Positions 19,438 to 27,871 of a stretch of 64,000 bases of DNA are shown in pieces. The notes below the pieces were generated by a model. That model saw only the letters and a program-made list of their open reading frames with translations, had not been told where the DNA came from and ran no database searches. Position numbers and translations under genes: made by a program. This stretch comes from an uncultured Lachnospiraceae bacterium. GTDB lineage: Bacteria; Bacillota; Clostridia; Lachnospirales; Lachnospiraceae. How positions within the stretch are numbered: the first letter of the stretch is position 1; each line of letters starts with the position of its first letter. The stretch is from the NCBI GenBank assembly GCA_948750055.1, contig CAPZVP010000002.1:30078-94077 (forward strand), in the 5' to 3' direction.

Positions 19438-19526
19438 GCGGACTAAGGAAGCATACAGAACAGAAAACAGCGAATAGAAACAGAAAATACAGAGCGGAAA
19501 ATGAAACAGAGAAAAGAGGACAATAG

Positions 19527-20708
19527 ATGGATAACAGACTGGTCATGTATCTGCACGGCGGGAGCGGCAACCATGGCTGCGAGGCGATCGTCAACAGCAC
19601 CTGTCATATGATCGAGGAGATTCCGAAGCTGCTTGTGACAAACAGCGAGGCGGAAGACAGGAAGTACTCTCTTGCGCCATTGTGCGATATCCTGCAGGAG
19701 CGGAAGATCAGGGAACACTTTTTTGCCCATGTATGGTATTATGCGTGGCGGGCGATGTTTCATGATCCGGAATCCTTCATGCGCTACCGTTTCCGGCAGG
19801 TGCTTGGCAGGAAGCGGGCGCCGCTGTATGTGTCCGTGGGCGGGGATATGTACTGTTACGAGATCTCAAAGCGGGAGGCGATCGTGGCTAACAGCACGTT
19901 CAACAGGGCAGGGGCGAAGACGGTACTCTGGGGCTGTTCCATCGAGCCGGAGCTGCTTAAGGAGCCGGAGATGGTGGAGGATATGAAGCGGTATGCGCTG
20001 ATCACACCCAGAGAGTCCGTCACGGAGCAGGCCCTTTTTCAGGCCGGGGTGCGGGACAATGTGCGGCGGTATCCGGATCCGGCATTCTCCCTGCAGCCGG
20101 AGGAGGCGAAACTGCCGGAAGACTTTAAGACAGGGGCGGTGGTGGGTATCAACATCAGCCCGATGATCATCCGCTATGAGAAAGAGCCGGGGATCACGAT
20201 TGCCAACTACAGGAAGCTGATCGATCATATTCTGCAGACCACAAACAACAGCGTGGCGCTGATCCCGCATGTGATGTGGAACAACAATGACGACCGGCTG
20301 ACACTGGCGGAACTGTACCGGGGCTACGAGTGTGACGCGCGGGTCTTTCTGTTCCCGGATCTGCCCTGCCGGCAGGTCAAAGATGTGATCGCCAGGTGCA
20401 GAGTCTTTATCGGGGCCAGGACCCATGCCACCATCGCCGCCTACTCCAGCTGTGTACCGACGCTGGTGGTAGGATATTCGGTGAAAGCGCGGGGGATCGC
20501 GAGAGATATTTTCGGCACCGAAGACCGGTATGTGCTGCCGGTGCAGTCGCTGCAGACTTCGGACGCCCTGATCGACGCCTTCCAGTGGCTGATGCGGGAA
20601 GAAGACGCGATCCGGGCGAGACTGCATGAGGTAATGCCCCAGTACTGCGCGCAGGCGGCCAGAGCAGGAGATGAGATTCGCAGATTATGGAAACAGGTAA
20701 CGACATGA
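19527..20708 (+). CDS. Polysaccharide pyruvyltransferase family protein
   Basis: NHGCEAI, VGGD, RES, PDPAF, GARTHATIAA, GYSVK motifs. Confidence 0.88.
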   Translation: MDNRLVMYLHGGSGNHGCEAIVNSTCHMIEEIPKLLVTNSEAEDRKYSLAPLCDILQERKIREHFFAHVWYYAWRAMFHDPESFMRYRFRQVLGRKRAPLYVSVGGDMYCYEISKREAIVANSTFNRAGAKTVLWGCSIEPELLKEPEMVEDMKRYALITPRESVTEQALFQAGVRDNVRRYPDPAFSLQPEEAKLPEDFKTGAVVGINISPMIIRYEKEPGITIANYRKLIDHILQTTNNSVALIPHVMWNNNDDRLTLAELYRGYECDARVFLFPDLPCRQVKDVIARCRVFIGARTHATIAAYSSCVPTLVVGYSVKARGIARDIFGTEDRYVLPVQSLQTSDALIDAFQWLMREEDAIRARLHEVMPQYCAQAARAGDEIRRLWKQVTT

Positions 20709-21748
20709 GAGGCGATTTGATCAGTGTCATTGTACCGGTGTACAATGGAGAGGCATATATCGAAAGATGCATCCGGAGCGTGCTGTATCAGGAATACAGG
20801 ACATGGGAGCTTTTGCTTGTGGACGGCGCTTCCACGGACGGCACGCTTAAGCGCTGCCATGCATGGCAGAAAAAAGACGAGCGGATACGGGTGATCTCGC
20901 TGCCTGAGAATCAGGGCGTCTCCGTGGGGCGCAATGCAGGCATACGCAGGGCCAGAGGAGAGTATCTCTTTTTTCTGGATGCGGACGACTGGCTTATGCC
21001 GGACTGTCTGGGACGGCTTTATGAGGAGATCGGGCAGCCGGAGACCGATATAGCGGGCTGCGCTTTTGCAAGGTGCACGGCGGCGGACTGGGAAGAATTG
21101 GAAAAGAAGGTGCGGCAGGGTGGATGGGCTGACGGGGGCAGGTGTGCCGCCGGCTCTGTCAGCATTGCGGGACAGGACTTTCTGCAGGAAGGGATCTTAA
21201 AGCAGGATACCAGATGCTGGAGCAAGCTGTATCGCAGGCAGGTATTGGCAGGCAGTTTCTTTCGGGAAGACTATACGGTGGGAGAGGATATGCTCTTCCT
21301 CCGGGAAGTGGCCGCGAAGGCGCGGAAGATCAGCTGCAGCCAATACCAGGGGTATTGCTATTATCATAACCCTGCCGGCACCATGCTCCGGCCTTTCCGG
21401 GAATCGGATATGGATCAGATCCGCTGCTGGCAGGAAGTGCTGTCGGATCTGCAGAGAGGGAATGCGGCAGCGGTAACGGCGGAGAAGGATGCGCGGGCCA
21501 TGGCGGACTGTGCGTCGATCCTGCTGGTGTCATGTATGCTGGTGGCCGGGAAGCTGGCAGTGCTTCCGCGGACACGGCGCAGACAGTACGCAGCGCAGCG
21601 CAGGCAGTGCAGCCGGGTGCTGGAGGAGACGCTGCGGATCCCGGGCGCACGCGCAGGACTGAACCGGGGCTACCGCCTCAAGGTGGGACTGTACCGCAGG
21701 GCGCCGGGGCTGTATCTGTTCTTATATCATATGCTGAAAAGCAGGTAA
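20705..21748 (+). CDS. GT2 family glycosyltransferase
   Basis: ISVIVPVYN, FLDADD, WSKLY, GED; ATGA overlap with upstream stop. Confidence 0.9.
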   Translation: MRGDLISVIVPVYNGEAYIERCIRSVLYQEYRTWELLLVDGASTDGTLKRCHAWQKKDERIRVISLPENQGVSVGRNAGIRRARGEYLFFLDADDWLMPDCLGRLYEEIGQPETDIAGCAFARCTAADWEELEKKVRQGGWADGGRCAAGSVSIAGQDFLQEGILKQDTRCWSKLYRRQVLAGSFFREDYTVGEDMLFLREVAAKARKISCSQYQGYCYYHNPAGTMLRPFRESDMDQIRCWQEVLSDLQRGNAAAVTAEKDARAMADCASILLVSCMLVAGKLAVLPRTRRRQYAAQRRQCSRVLEETLRIPGARAGLNRGYRLKVGLYRRAPGLYLFLYHMLKSR

Positions 21749-21772
21749 GAAAAAGGAGCGCAGGCCGATAAA

Positions 21773-23311
21773 ATGGGCAGAGTCAGACAGGCCGGGAAGA
21801 ATATCTTCTTCGGTTATATCAGCAATTTCATAATCCTGTGTATGGGGTTTTTGCAGAGAACGGTCTTTATCGGGGTGCTGGGCGAAACCCTGCTGGGGGT
21901 AAACGGCCTGTATACGGATATTCTCAGTATGCTCTCCCTGGCGGAACTGGGCATTGGCAGCGCCATGAACTACAGCCTGTACAAGCCGGTGGCAAACGGG
22001 GATCAGGAGAAGATCAAATCCTATATGGGGCTTTACCGGAAGGCTTATCTGGCCATCGCGGGCGTGATTACGGTGATCGGCCTTGCATTGTCGCCCTTTT
22101 TGCCTTATCTGATCAAGGACAGCGGGGGCATCGCGGTCAGGGAGCTGACGATTTATTATCTGATCTTTTTGTTCAATACGGTCAGCACTTATTTTGTGGC
22201 CTATAAATACAGCCTGTCCAATGCGCAGCAGCGCAACTATATTCAGACCAATATTGCGACGGTCACGAAGATCGTCACGGTCTTTGTACAGATCATCGTG
22301 CTGCTTTTGACAAAGAACTTCCTGCTGTACCTGCTGATGCAGGCCGCGGTGGAGCTTTTGCAGAAGATCTTTGTCAGCATTTACTTCAACAGGCTCTATC
22401 CGTATCTGCGGGACAGGCATGTGCAGAAACTGGAGAAGGAAGAGACCGCGGTGGTGGTCACCAAGACAAAAGCGCTGATGTTCCACAAGATCGGCGACGT
22501 GGCCAGGCTGTCCACGGACAGCATTATCATCACCTATTTCATGAATGTGCGCTGGGTGGGCGTTGTGGGAAACTACGCGATGATCATCACCTATGCCGCG
22601 AATTTTATCAGCGTGATCTTCAACTCCGTGATCTCCGGTTTCGGCAATCTGGTGGCTACGGAGTCACGGGAGAAGCAGTATGCCATGTTTAAGATCTACC
22701 GCTTCTTCGCCTGCTGGCTGTACGGCTTCGCAGCGGTGGGATTTTGGCTGCTGTTAACGCCTCTTGTCACGGGGCTGTGGCTGAACGACAGCTGGGCGTT
22801 GAGTCAGACGGTGCTGACGCTGATCCTGATCGATCTGTATTTTAAGGGCGGCAGGGTCGTTCTGGTCAATTTCAAGATTGCGGCGGGGGTCTTCGAGCAG
22901 GACAAGTATCTGTCCCTGCTCCAGGGGCTGGTGAATCTGGTGTTGTCGATCGCGGGCATCCAGTATATGGGCCTGGCGGGCGTTTATGTGGGCACGGTGG
23001 TGTCCGGGGTGATGGCGAATCTGCTCCAGCCGGTGATCGTGTACCGGGACTGCTTCGGGCGAAGCGTCTGGACGTATTTTGTGGATGCGGTGAAATATAT
23101 CAGCGTGATCGTGGGCGTGGCGCTTCTCATGGTACCGGTGAAGCATTTTCTTCTGGCACAGGTGAACGTGCTGACGTTCATCGGGATGGGAGCCGTGGTC
23201 ACGGTGGTTTATAATATGGCGTTCTGTCTGTTTTTCAGAAGGACGGAGGAATTCGGATATCTGTGGGCTCTGGTGAAAGGAAAACTGCCGGGGCGTGGCG
23301 TAGGACGGTAG
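21773..23311 (+). CDS. wzx: Wzx/MATE-like oligosaccharide flippase
   Basis: About 14 TM; LSLAELGIG..YSLYKP motif of Firmicutes polysaccharide transporters. Confidence 0.85.
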   Translation: MGRVRQAGKNIFFGYISNFIILCMGFLQRTVFIGVLGETLLGVNGLYTDILSMLSLAELGIGSAMNYSLYKPVANGDQEKIKSYMGLYRKAYLAIAGVITVIGLALSPFLPYLIKDSGGIAVRELTIYYLIFLFNTVSTYFVAYKYSLSNAQQRNYIQTNIATVTKIVTVFVQIIVLLLTKNFLLYLLMQAAVELLQKIFVSIYFNRLYPYLRDRHVQKLEKEETAVVVTKTKALMFHKIGDVARLSTDSIIITYFMNVRWVGVVGNYAMIITYAANFISVIFNSVISGFGNLVATESREKQYAMFKIYRFFACWLYGFAAVGFWLLLTPLVTGLWLNDSWALSQTVLTLILIDLYFKGGRVVLVNFKIAAGVFEQDKYLSLLQGLVNLVLSIAGIQYMGLAGVYVGTVVSGVMANLLQPVIVYRDCFGRSVWTYFVDAVKYISVIVGVALLMVPVKHFLLAQVNVLTFIGMGAVVTVVYNMAFCLFFRRTEEFGYLWALVKGKLPGRGVGR

Positions 23312-23341
23312 TACATGTAAGGGAAAATATGGGTAAGGAAA

Positions 23342-24412
23342 ATGGATAAAGACAGATTGATGGAAGAAGCCTGTCAGGAACTGCTGACCTACGGGGTCTG
23401 GGACGGGGAGAAAAGGCTGAAATATCTGGTGAAGAAATATCTGCTGCGTCGAAAAGCGGCGCCGGAGGATCTGATCTTCTGGCCTACGGGACTGCTGGCG
23501 GCAGGCCTGTGGCAGTACAGACAGGAGAAGAAGGAAGAAGATGTATGCGCGGTGATCGATCTGGTGCTCTCGGCCTACTGTGAGCGCTGGTTCCAGAAAG
23601 GAAGCCGGATTCTGTGGCTGGATGACCTTCTGGCCGGGGAGACGATGCTGGCACTGTACGAGGTATATCGGAAAAACGGACCGGGACAGGGGATCCGTTC
23701 CGATAAAGAAGCGGAGCAATACCGGCAGGCGGTGGATAAGATGGCGGACTATGCGCTTCATTATCCCACCGACGAGACGGGCAGCTTTCCCTACCGGGCG
23801 GGGCAGGACAACGGGTATGTGTTCGTGGATACCATCGGGCTGGCCTGTCCGTTCCTGTACCGGTACGGTACGGTGTTTGACAGACCGGAGACGATGGAGG
23901 CGGCCGTGAAGCAGATCGTGAACTTTCTGGCCTATGGCATGGATGCAGATACCGGTCTTCCCTACCACGGTTATTCGGTGGCAGATGACTGCAAGTACGG
24001 GATCATCGGCTGGGGAAGGGCTGTAGGCTGGCTGCTGCGCGGCATGGGCTGCTGCATGACGACACAGTACGGCGCAGACAGGTTACGGGAGCCTTATGTG
24101 AAGCTGGCGGAGACGGTGGCGCCGTACCAGCGAAAGGACGGTTACTTTGCCTGGCAGCTGCAGGCGGCGGAAGGCCCGGCGGATACTTCCGCCACCGGCA
24201 TGATCTGTGCGGCGATCCGGCAGGGAATCGGGCTGGGTATTCTGGACGAAGCAGTGTATGGTCAGATCGTGCAGACCGGCAGGAATGCTTTGGAGAAATC
24301 GGAAAAAAACGGCAGAGTGTACCACTGTTCCGGCGAGTGCGAAGGGTTCGGACAGTATCCGCAGCGTTATGATGCCTATCCCTGGTCGCTGGGGCCGGCG
24401 CTGATGCTGTAG
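23342..24412 (+). CDS. GH88/GH105-like unsaturated uronyl hydrolase
   Basis: FWPTG, FVDTIG, TGLPYHG, WGRAVGW, DTSAT motifs of (alpha/alpha)6 GH88/105 enzymes; no signal peptide. Confidence 0.8.
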   Translation: MDKDRLMEEACQELLTYGVWDGEKRLKYLVKKYLLRRKAAPEDLIFWPTGLLAAGLWQYRQEKKEEDVCAVIDLVLSAYCERWFQKGSRILWLDDLLAGETMLALYEVYRKNGPGQGIRSDKEAEQYRQAVDKMADYALHYPTDETGSFPYRAGQDNGYVFVDTIGLACPFLYRYGTVFDRPETMEAAVKQIVNFLAYGMDADTGLPYHGYSVADDCKYGIIGWGRAVGWLLRGMGCCMTTQYGADRLREPYVKLAETVAPYQRKDGYFAWQLQAAEGPADTSATGMICAAIRQGIGLGILDEAVYGQIVQTGRNALEKSEKNGRVYHCSGECEGFGQYPQRYDAYPWSLGPALML

Positions 24413-24487
24413 GATGTATGACGGGTTAGTATTAGGAAATGAAATTTTTGATGTCGTTAACTATAACCGGGAATAAGGAAAGACGTT

Positions 24488-25414
24488 ATGATCATCGTAA
24501 AAATTATGGGCGGACTGGGGAATCAGCTGCAGCAGTACGCCTTTTATAGAAAACTGGAGAGCCTGGGGCGGGATGTGCGTCTGGATGTGTCGTGGTTCGA
24601 GCGTCCCGGCGAGCAGGAAGCGGTTCTGGCGAAAAGAACAATGGAGCTGAACTGCTTCGAAGGGGTCAGATACCGTCCGGCTTCGGAGCAGGAGATCCGT
24701 GGTCTGCTTGGCAGATTGTGGGAGGAACCGGAGTCTGCCGTTTCCAGGATCAGGAGGAAACTTCTGCCCTCGCATAATCCCTGCTTTGTGGAGCAGGAGA
24801 TGTATCATGAGGAGGTCTTTCATTTTACGGACAAGTATCTTGCAGGGTATTGGGCCTGTGAGAAATATTATGCGGATATACTTGACGGCCTGCGCCGTGA
24901 GCTGCGGTTTCCTGTATGCGCGGATGCTGCTGTCGAACGCCGGAACGGGGATATGATCGAAAAGATGGCGTCCGCAGAGTCGGTCAGCGTGCATATCCGC
25001 CGGGGTGACTATCTGGATGCGGTCAATGAAGCGATGTTCGGGGGAATCTGTACGGAAGCCTATTATGAGGCGGCGATGGCATGGATCAGGGAGCGGTATC
25101 CGAAGGCACGGTTTTTCTTTTTTTCTGATGATATTCCTTATGTGCGGGAACACTATGCAGGAGAAGACTGCGAGATCATCGACTGGAACACGGGGCAAAA
25201 CAGCTTCTATGACATGATGCTGATGAGCCGCTGCCGGCACAATATCTGCGCCAACAGCACCTTCAGCTTCTGGGGCGCAAGACTGAACGCCGGGGAAGGC
25301 AAATGCATGATACGGCCTTCCATACACAAGAATACGCAGGTCTGCATACCGGAACAGATGAAACAGCTGTGGGCAGGCTGGACGCTGATCACGCCACAGG
25401 GGGCGGTAGTATGA
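24488..25414 (+). CDS. GT11 alpha-1,2-fucosyltransferase
   Basis: GGLGNQL, GYW, HIRRGDY, FSDD, ANSTFSFW. Confidence 0.92.
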   Translation: MIIVKIMGGLGNQLQQYAFYRKLESLGRDVRLDVSWFERPGEQEAVLAKRTMELNCFEGVRYRPASEQEIRGLLGRLWEEPESAVSRIRRKLLPSHNPCFVEQEMYHEEVFHFTDKYLAGYWACEKYYADILDGLRRELRFPVCADAAVERRNGDMIEKMASAESVSVHIRRGDYLDAVNEAMFGGICTEAYYEAAMAWIRERYPKARFFFFSDDIPYVREHYAGEDCEIIDWNTGQNSFYDMMLMSRCRHNICANSTFSFWGARLNAGEGKCMIRPSIHKNTQVCIPEQMKQLWAGWTLITPQGAVV

Positions 25415-25430
25415 GGCAGAGCATCCTTTT

Positions 25431-25988
25431 TTAGTCCATGCCTTCAAAAATCTCATCCAGACGCATCTTAATATGCGGGAACGCCCGAAGACAGATCTCG
25501 GTATCCGCATTGTAATGCTCTTCCTCCTGATCGTCCTGCAGCATGTAGCTTTCTTTCAGGATATATTTGCCGTTTTCGAGGTAGTATATTTCAACGGATC
25601 TTCCCTGCGGTGAAACGATCCAGTACTCCTCCACGCCGGCGGTTTCATAAATATCCATCTTTTCTGTCCGGTCTTTTTTGGCTGTGGAAGGGCTCAGGGT
25701 TTCGGCGATAAACCGGGGTAATCCGCTGTAGGACCCGCCTTTTAGATGATTCCGGTCGCAGATCACCATGATGTCAGGGCATAAATAGTCGTCGTTCACG
25801 TCCGGGTGATACTTAAAATCTAAATTTTCCATCGTGACAAGGCAGATGCTGTTTTTAAGTCCCTGTTTGATGATTGTATAAATATTTCCGTTGATAATTC
25901 CATGTTGATAGCCGGGAGCCGGGGACATATCATAAATAACCCCATCTATTTTTTCGTCTCTCCAGTGTTCGCTGGCTGCTGATGCCAT
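25431..25988 (-). CDS. Uma2 family (PD-(D/E)xK) putative endonuclease
   Basis: E.IDG.IYDMSPAP..H, PDI.V.CD, ETLSPST...D...K..Y...GV.EYWIV motifs; AAAGGA RBS. Confidence 0.9.
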   Translation of the reverse strand: MASAASEHWRDEKIDGVIYDMSPAPGYQHGIINGNIYTIIKQGLKNSICLVTMENLDFKYHPDVNDDYLCPDIMVICDRNHLKGGSYSGLPRFIAETLSPSTAKKDRTEKMDIYETAGVEEYWIVSPQGRSVEIYYLENGKYILKESYMLQDDQEEEHYNADTEICLRAFPHIKMRLDEIFEGMD

Positions 25989-26012
25989 AGTATCACATCC
26001 TTTCTTTCATTT

Positions 26013-26021
26013 ATTATAACA
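26013..26021 (-). promoter_or_regulatory. Extended -10 promoter for Uma2 gene
   Basis: TGTTATAAT on minus strand 25 nt upstream of ATG. Confidence 0.55.
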
Positions 26022-26093
26022 TGCCGGGAGGGTGAAGGGAAGAAGCCAACGGTAACAGTCTTTTTAATGTCGCTGTCTATAGATAGATTTCCA

Positions 26094-26122
26094 TGGTCAT
26101 GAAATGGAAGGTATGTTATAAT
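26094..26122 (+). promoter_or_regulatory. SigA-type promoter for the 26201+ operon
   Basis: TGGTCA-17 nt-TATAAT with TGn extended -10. Confidence 0.6.
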
Positions 26123-26200
26123 CTAAATGTTTGGTCAAGCTATGAAAAGTAAATTTTAAATGCGCATAAGCTGTACTGTTTTAAGAGTATCCGCGCAGAG

Positions 26201-27799
26201 GTGAGAATGAATAAACGTATCAAAGAAATCGCATTACAAAACAGCATAGAGGTGACTTGGCAGGAGGCGTGTTATTTCGGCTTTTTTATCCTTTTGTCCG
26301 TCACCAAGGGGCTGGGGCTTTACGAAGGGCAGAAGCTCTTTGAACTGCTGGTGATTCCGGCTTTTTTTCTGGGAGCCGTCAAGCTGGCGGTCACGCCTTA
26401 TACGAGAAGACAGTGGGTGATGCAGGCGCTTTTGGTGCTGCTTGTGGGAATCGTGTACTGGAATTCTCATGAGCGGGGTATTCTGTTTCTGGCCTTTACG
26501 GTGCTTGGCATGAAGAATATTTCCGTGAAGAAGGTTTTCCATGTGGGATTGTGGGTCTGGTCGGTGTGTGCGGTCTTTCTGAGTATCTTTTCCTTTCTGC
26601 GCATAGAGCATACGGTGTACCGGGTACATGCCAAGATGGGGCTTGGGCCGATTTTTCGCTGGAGCCTGGGATTCAGCCATCCGAATATCCTGCATATCAC
26701 GTATCTGGCGCTGTGTGCGTTTCTGCTTTATCAGCTGGAAGAGCGTTATAAATGCAGGCACTTTTTTCTTCTGATGGCAGGGAATGTGCTGGTGTTCTTT
26801 TATTCCGTCAGCTATACCGGCTTCGGGATCGTGTCGGTGCTGCTGGCCGGATGCCTGTATGTGCGGATCAGACCCCGGTTCTGCATTCTGGAGAAGCTGC
26901 TTGCGAATCTGGTGCTGCCGGTCTGTCTGGTGCTGTCTTTTGTGGCGCCTTTTTATCTCTATGATCTGAAATACGGATATTATGTGCAGCAGTTGAATTT
27001 TAAGCTCAATACAAGGATCTGGCTGGCGGAGCAGTTCTTAAGATCGGAGTACCGGAGTCTGTTTGGGGCGGATATTTCGCAGATCGTGAGATCCTCCATG
27101 ACGATGGACAATTCCTATGTGTGGGGATATATCAATTATGGTCTGATCTTCTTCGGACTGCTGCTGGCGGGATATTTTGCGCTGCTTGGTTATGATACCC
27201 ATAAACAGAAAACAAGAGAGCTGGTGATCCTGGTCTGTTTCCTGGGAGCAGGGTGGACGGAGCCGCTTTTATTCAATACATCCTTCAAAAATGTGACGCT
27301 GGTCTTTCTGGGAAGCCTTCTGTTTCTGCAAAAAGACGGGGCAAAGGAATTCTGCCTGCTTCCAAAGCTGCAGGGAAAGATCCGGATTCCTTTCGCCGGC
27401 CTGCCGGATCGTCTGTGGGGAGCTGTCTGCCGGCTCTGGCGATATGAAAAGAAAAAAATCGTCTGTCTGATGGCGGCCGGTGCCGCGGCGGGCGGCCTGC
27501 TGTGCGGTATTTTGTATCAGGTGCCGGCAGGCTATGTGGTGCCCCGCTTTTATACGGACGGCAGAGAAGAGATCTCTGTCTACCTGAGCAGCCCGGAAGA
27601 TCCGGCCTATGCGGGATGGAGGGTCATGAACTATCAGGATGGGGAGACGCCCATGCAGCTGGTTCAGGGAAAGGCTGTCATGTTGGAGACCGGCCGGTAT
27701 TACGCGGGGAGTATTTTGATCGGCGCTTTTTTCGGAGGTGCGGCGGGGGTCCTGTATGCCGGAACCGGAAGGAACAAAGCGCGCAGGAAAGTGACATGA
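26201..27799 (+). CDS. Wzy-like polymerase / ligase-like membrane protein with C-terminal extension
   Basis: Many TM; RWSLGFSHPN, SYTG, MDNSY...YG motifs; related to 12868-14100. Confidence 0.65.
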   Translation: MRMNKRIKEIALQNSIEVTWQEACYFGFFILLSVTKGLGLYEGQKLFELLVIPAFFLGAVKLAVTPYTRRQWVMQALLVLLVGIVYWNSHERGILFLAFTVLGMKNISVKKVFHVGLWVWSVCAVFLSIFSFLRIEHTVYRVHAKMGLGPIFRWSLGFSHPNILHITYLALCAFLLYQLEERYKCRHFFLLMAGNVLVFFYSVSYTGFGIVSVLLAGCLYVRIRPRFCILEKLLANLVLPVCLVLSFVAPFYLYDLKYGYYVQQLNFKLNTRIWLAEQFLRSEYRSLFGADISQIVRSSMTMDNSYVWGYINYGLIFFGLLLAGYFALLGYDTHKQKTRELVILVCFLGAGWTEPLLFNTSFKNVTLVFLGSLLFLQKDGAKEFCLLPKLQGKIRIPFAGLPDRLWGAVCRLWRYEKKKIVCLMAAGAAAGGLLCGILYQVPAGYVVPRFYTDGREEISVYLSSPEDPAYAGWRVMNYQDGETPMQLVQGKAVMLETGRYYAGSILIGAFFGGAAGVLYAGTGRNKARRKVT

Positions 27800-27871
27800 T
27801 CGACAGCAGATCGTAGAGCGGGCGGAAGAAACCGAGTAGTGTCCGATAGAAAAAAGGAGTCAGGTGCGATA

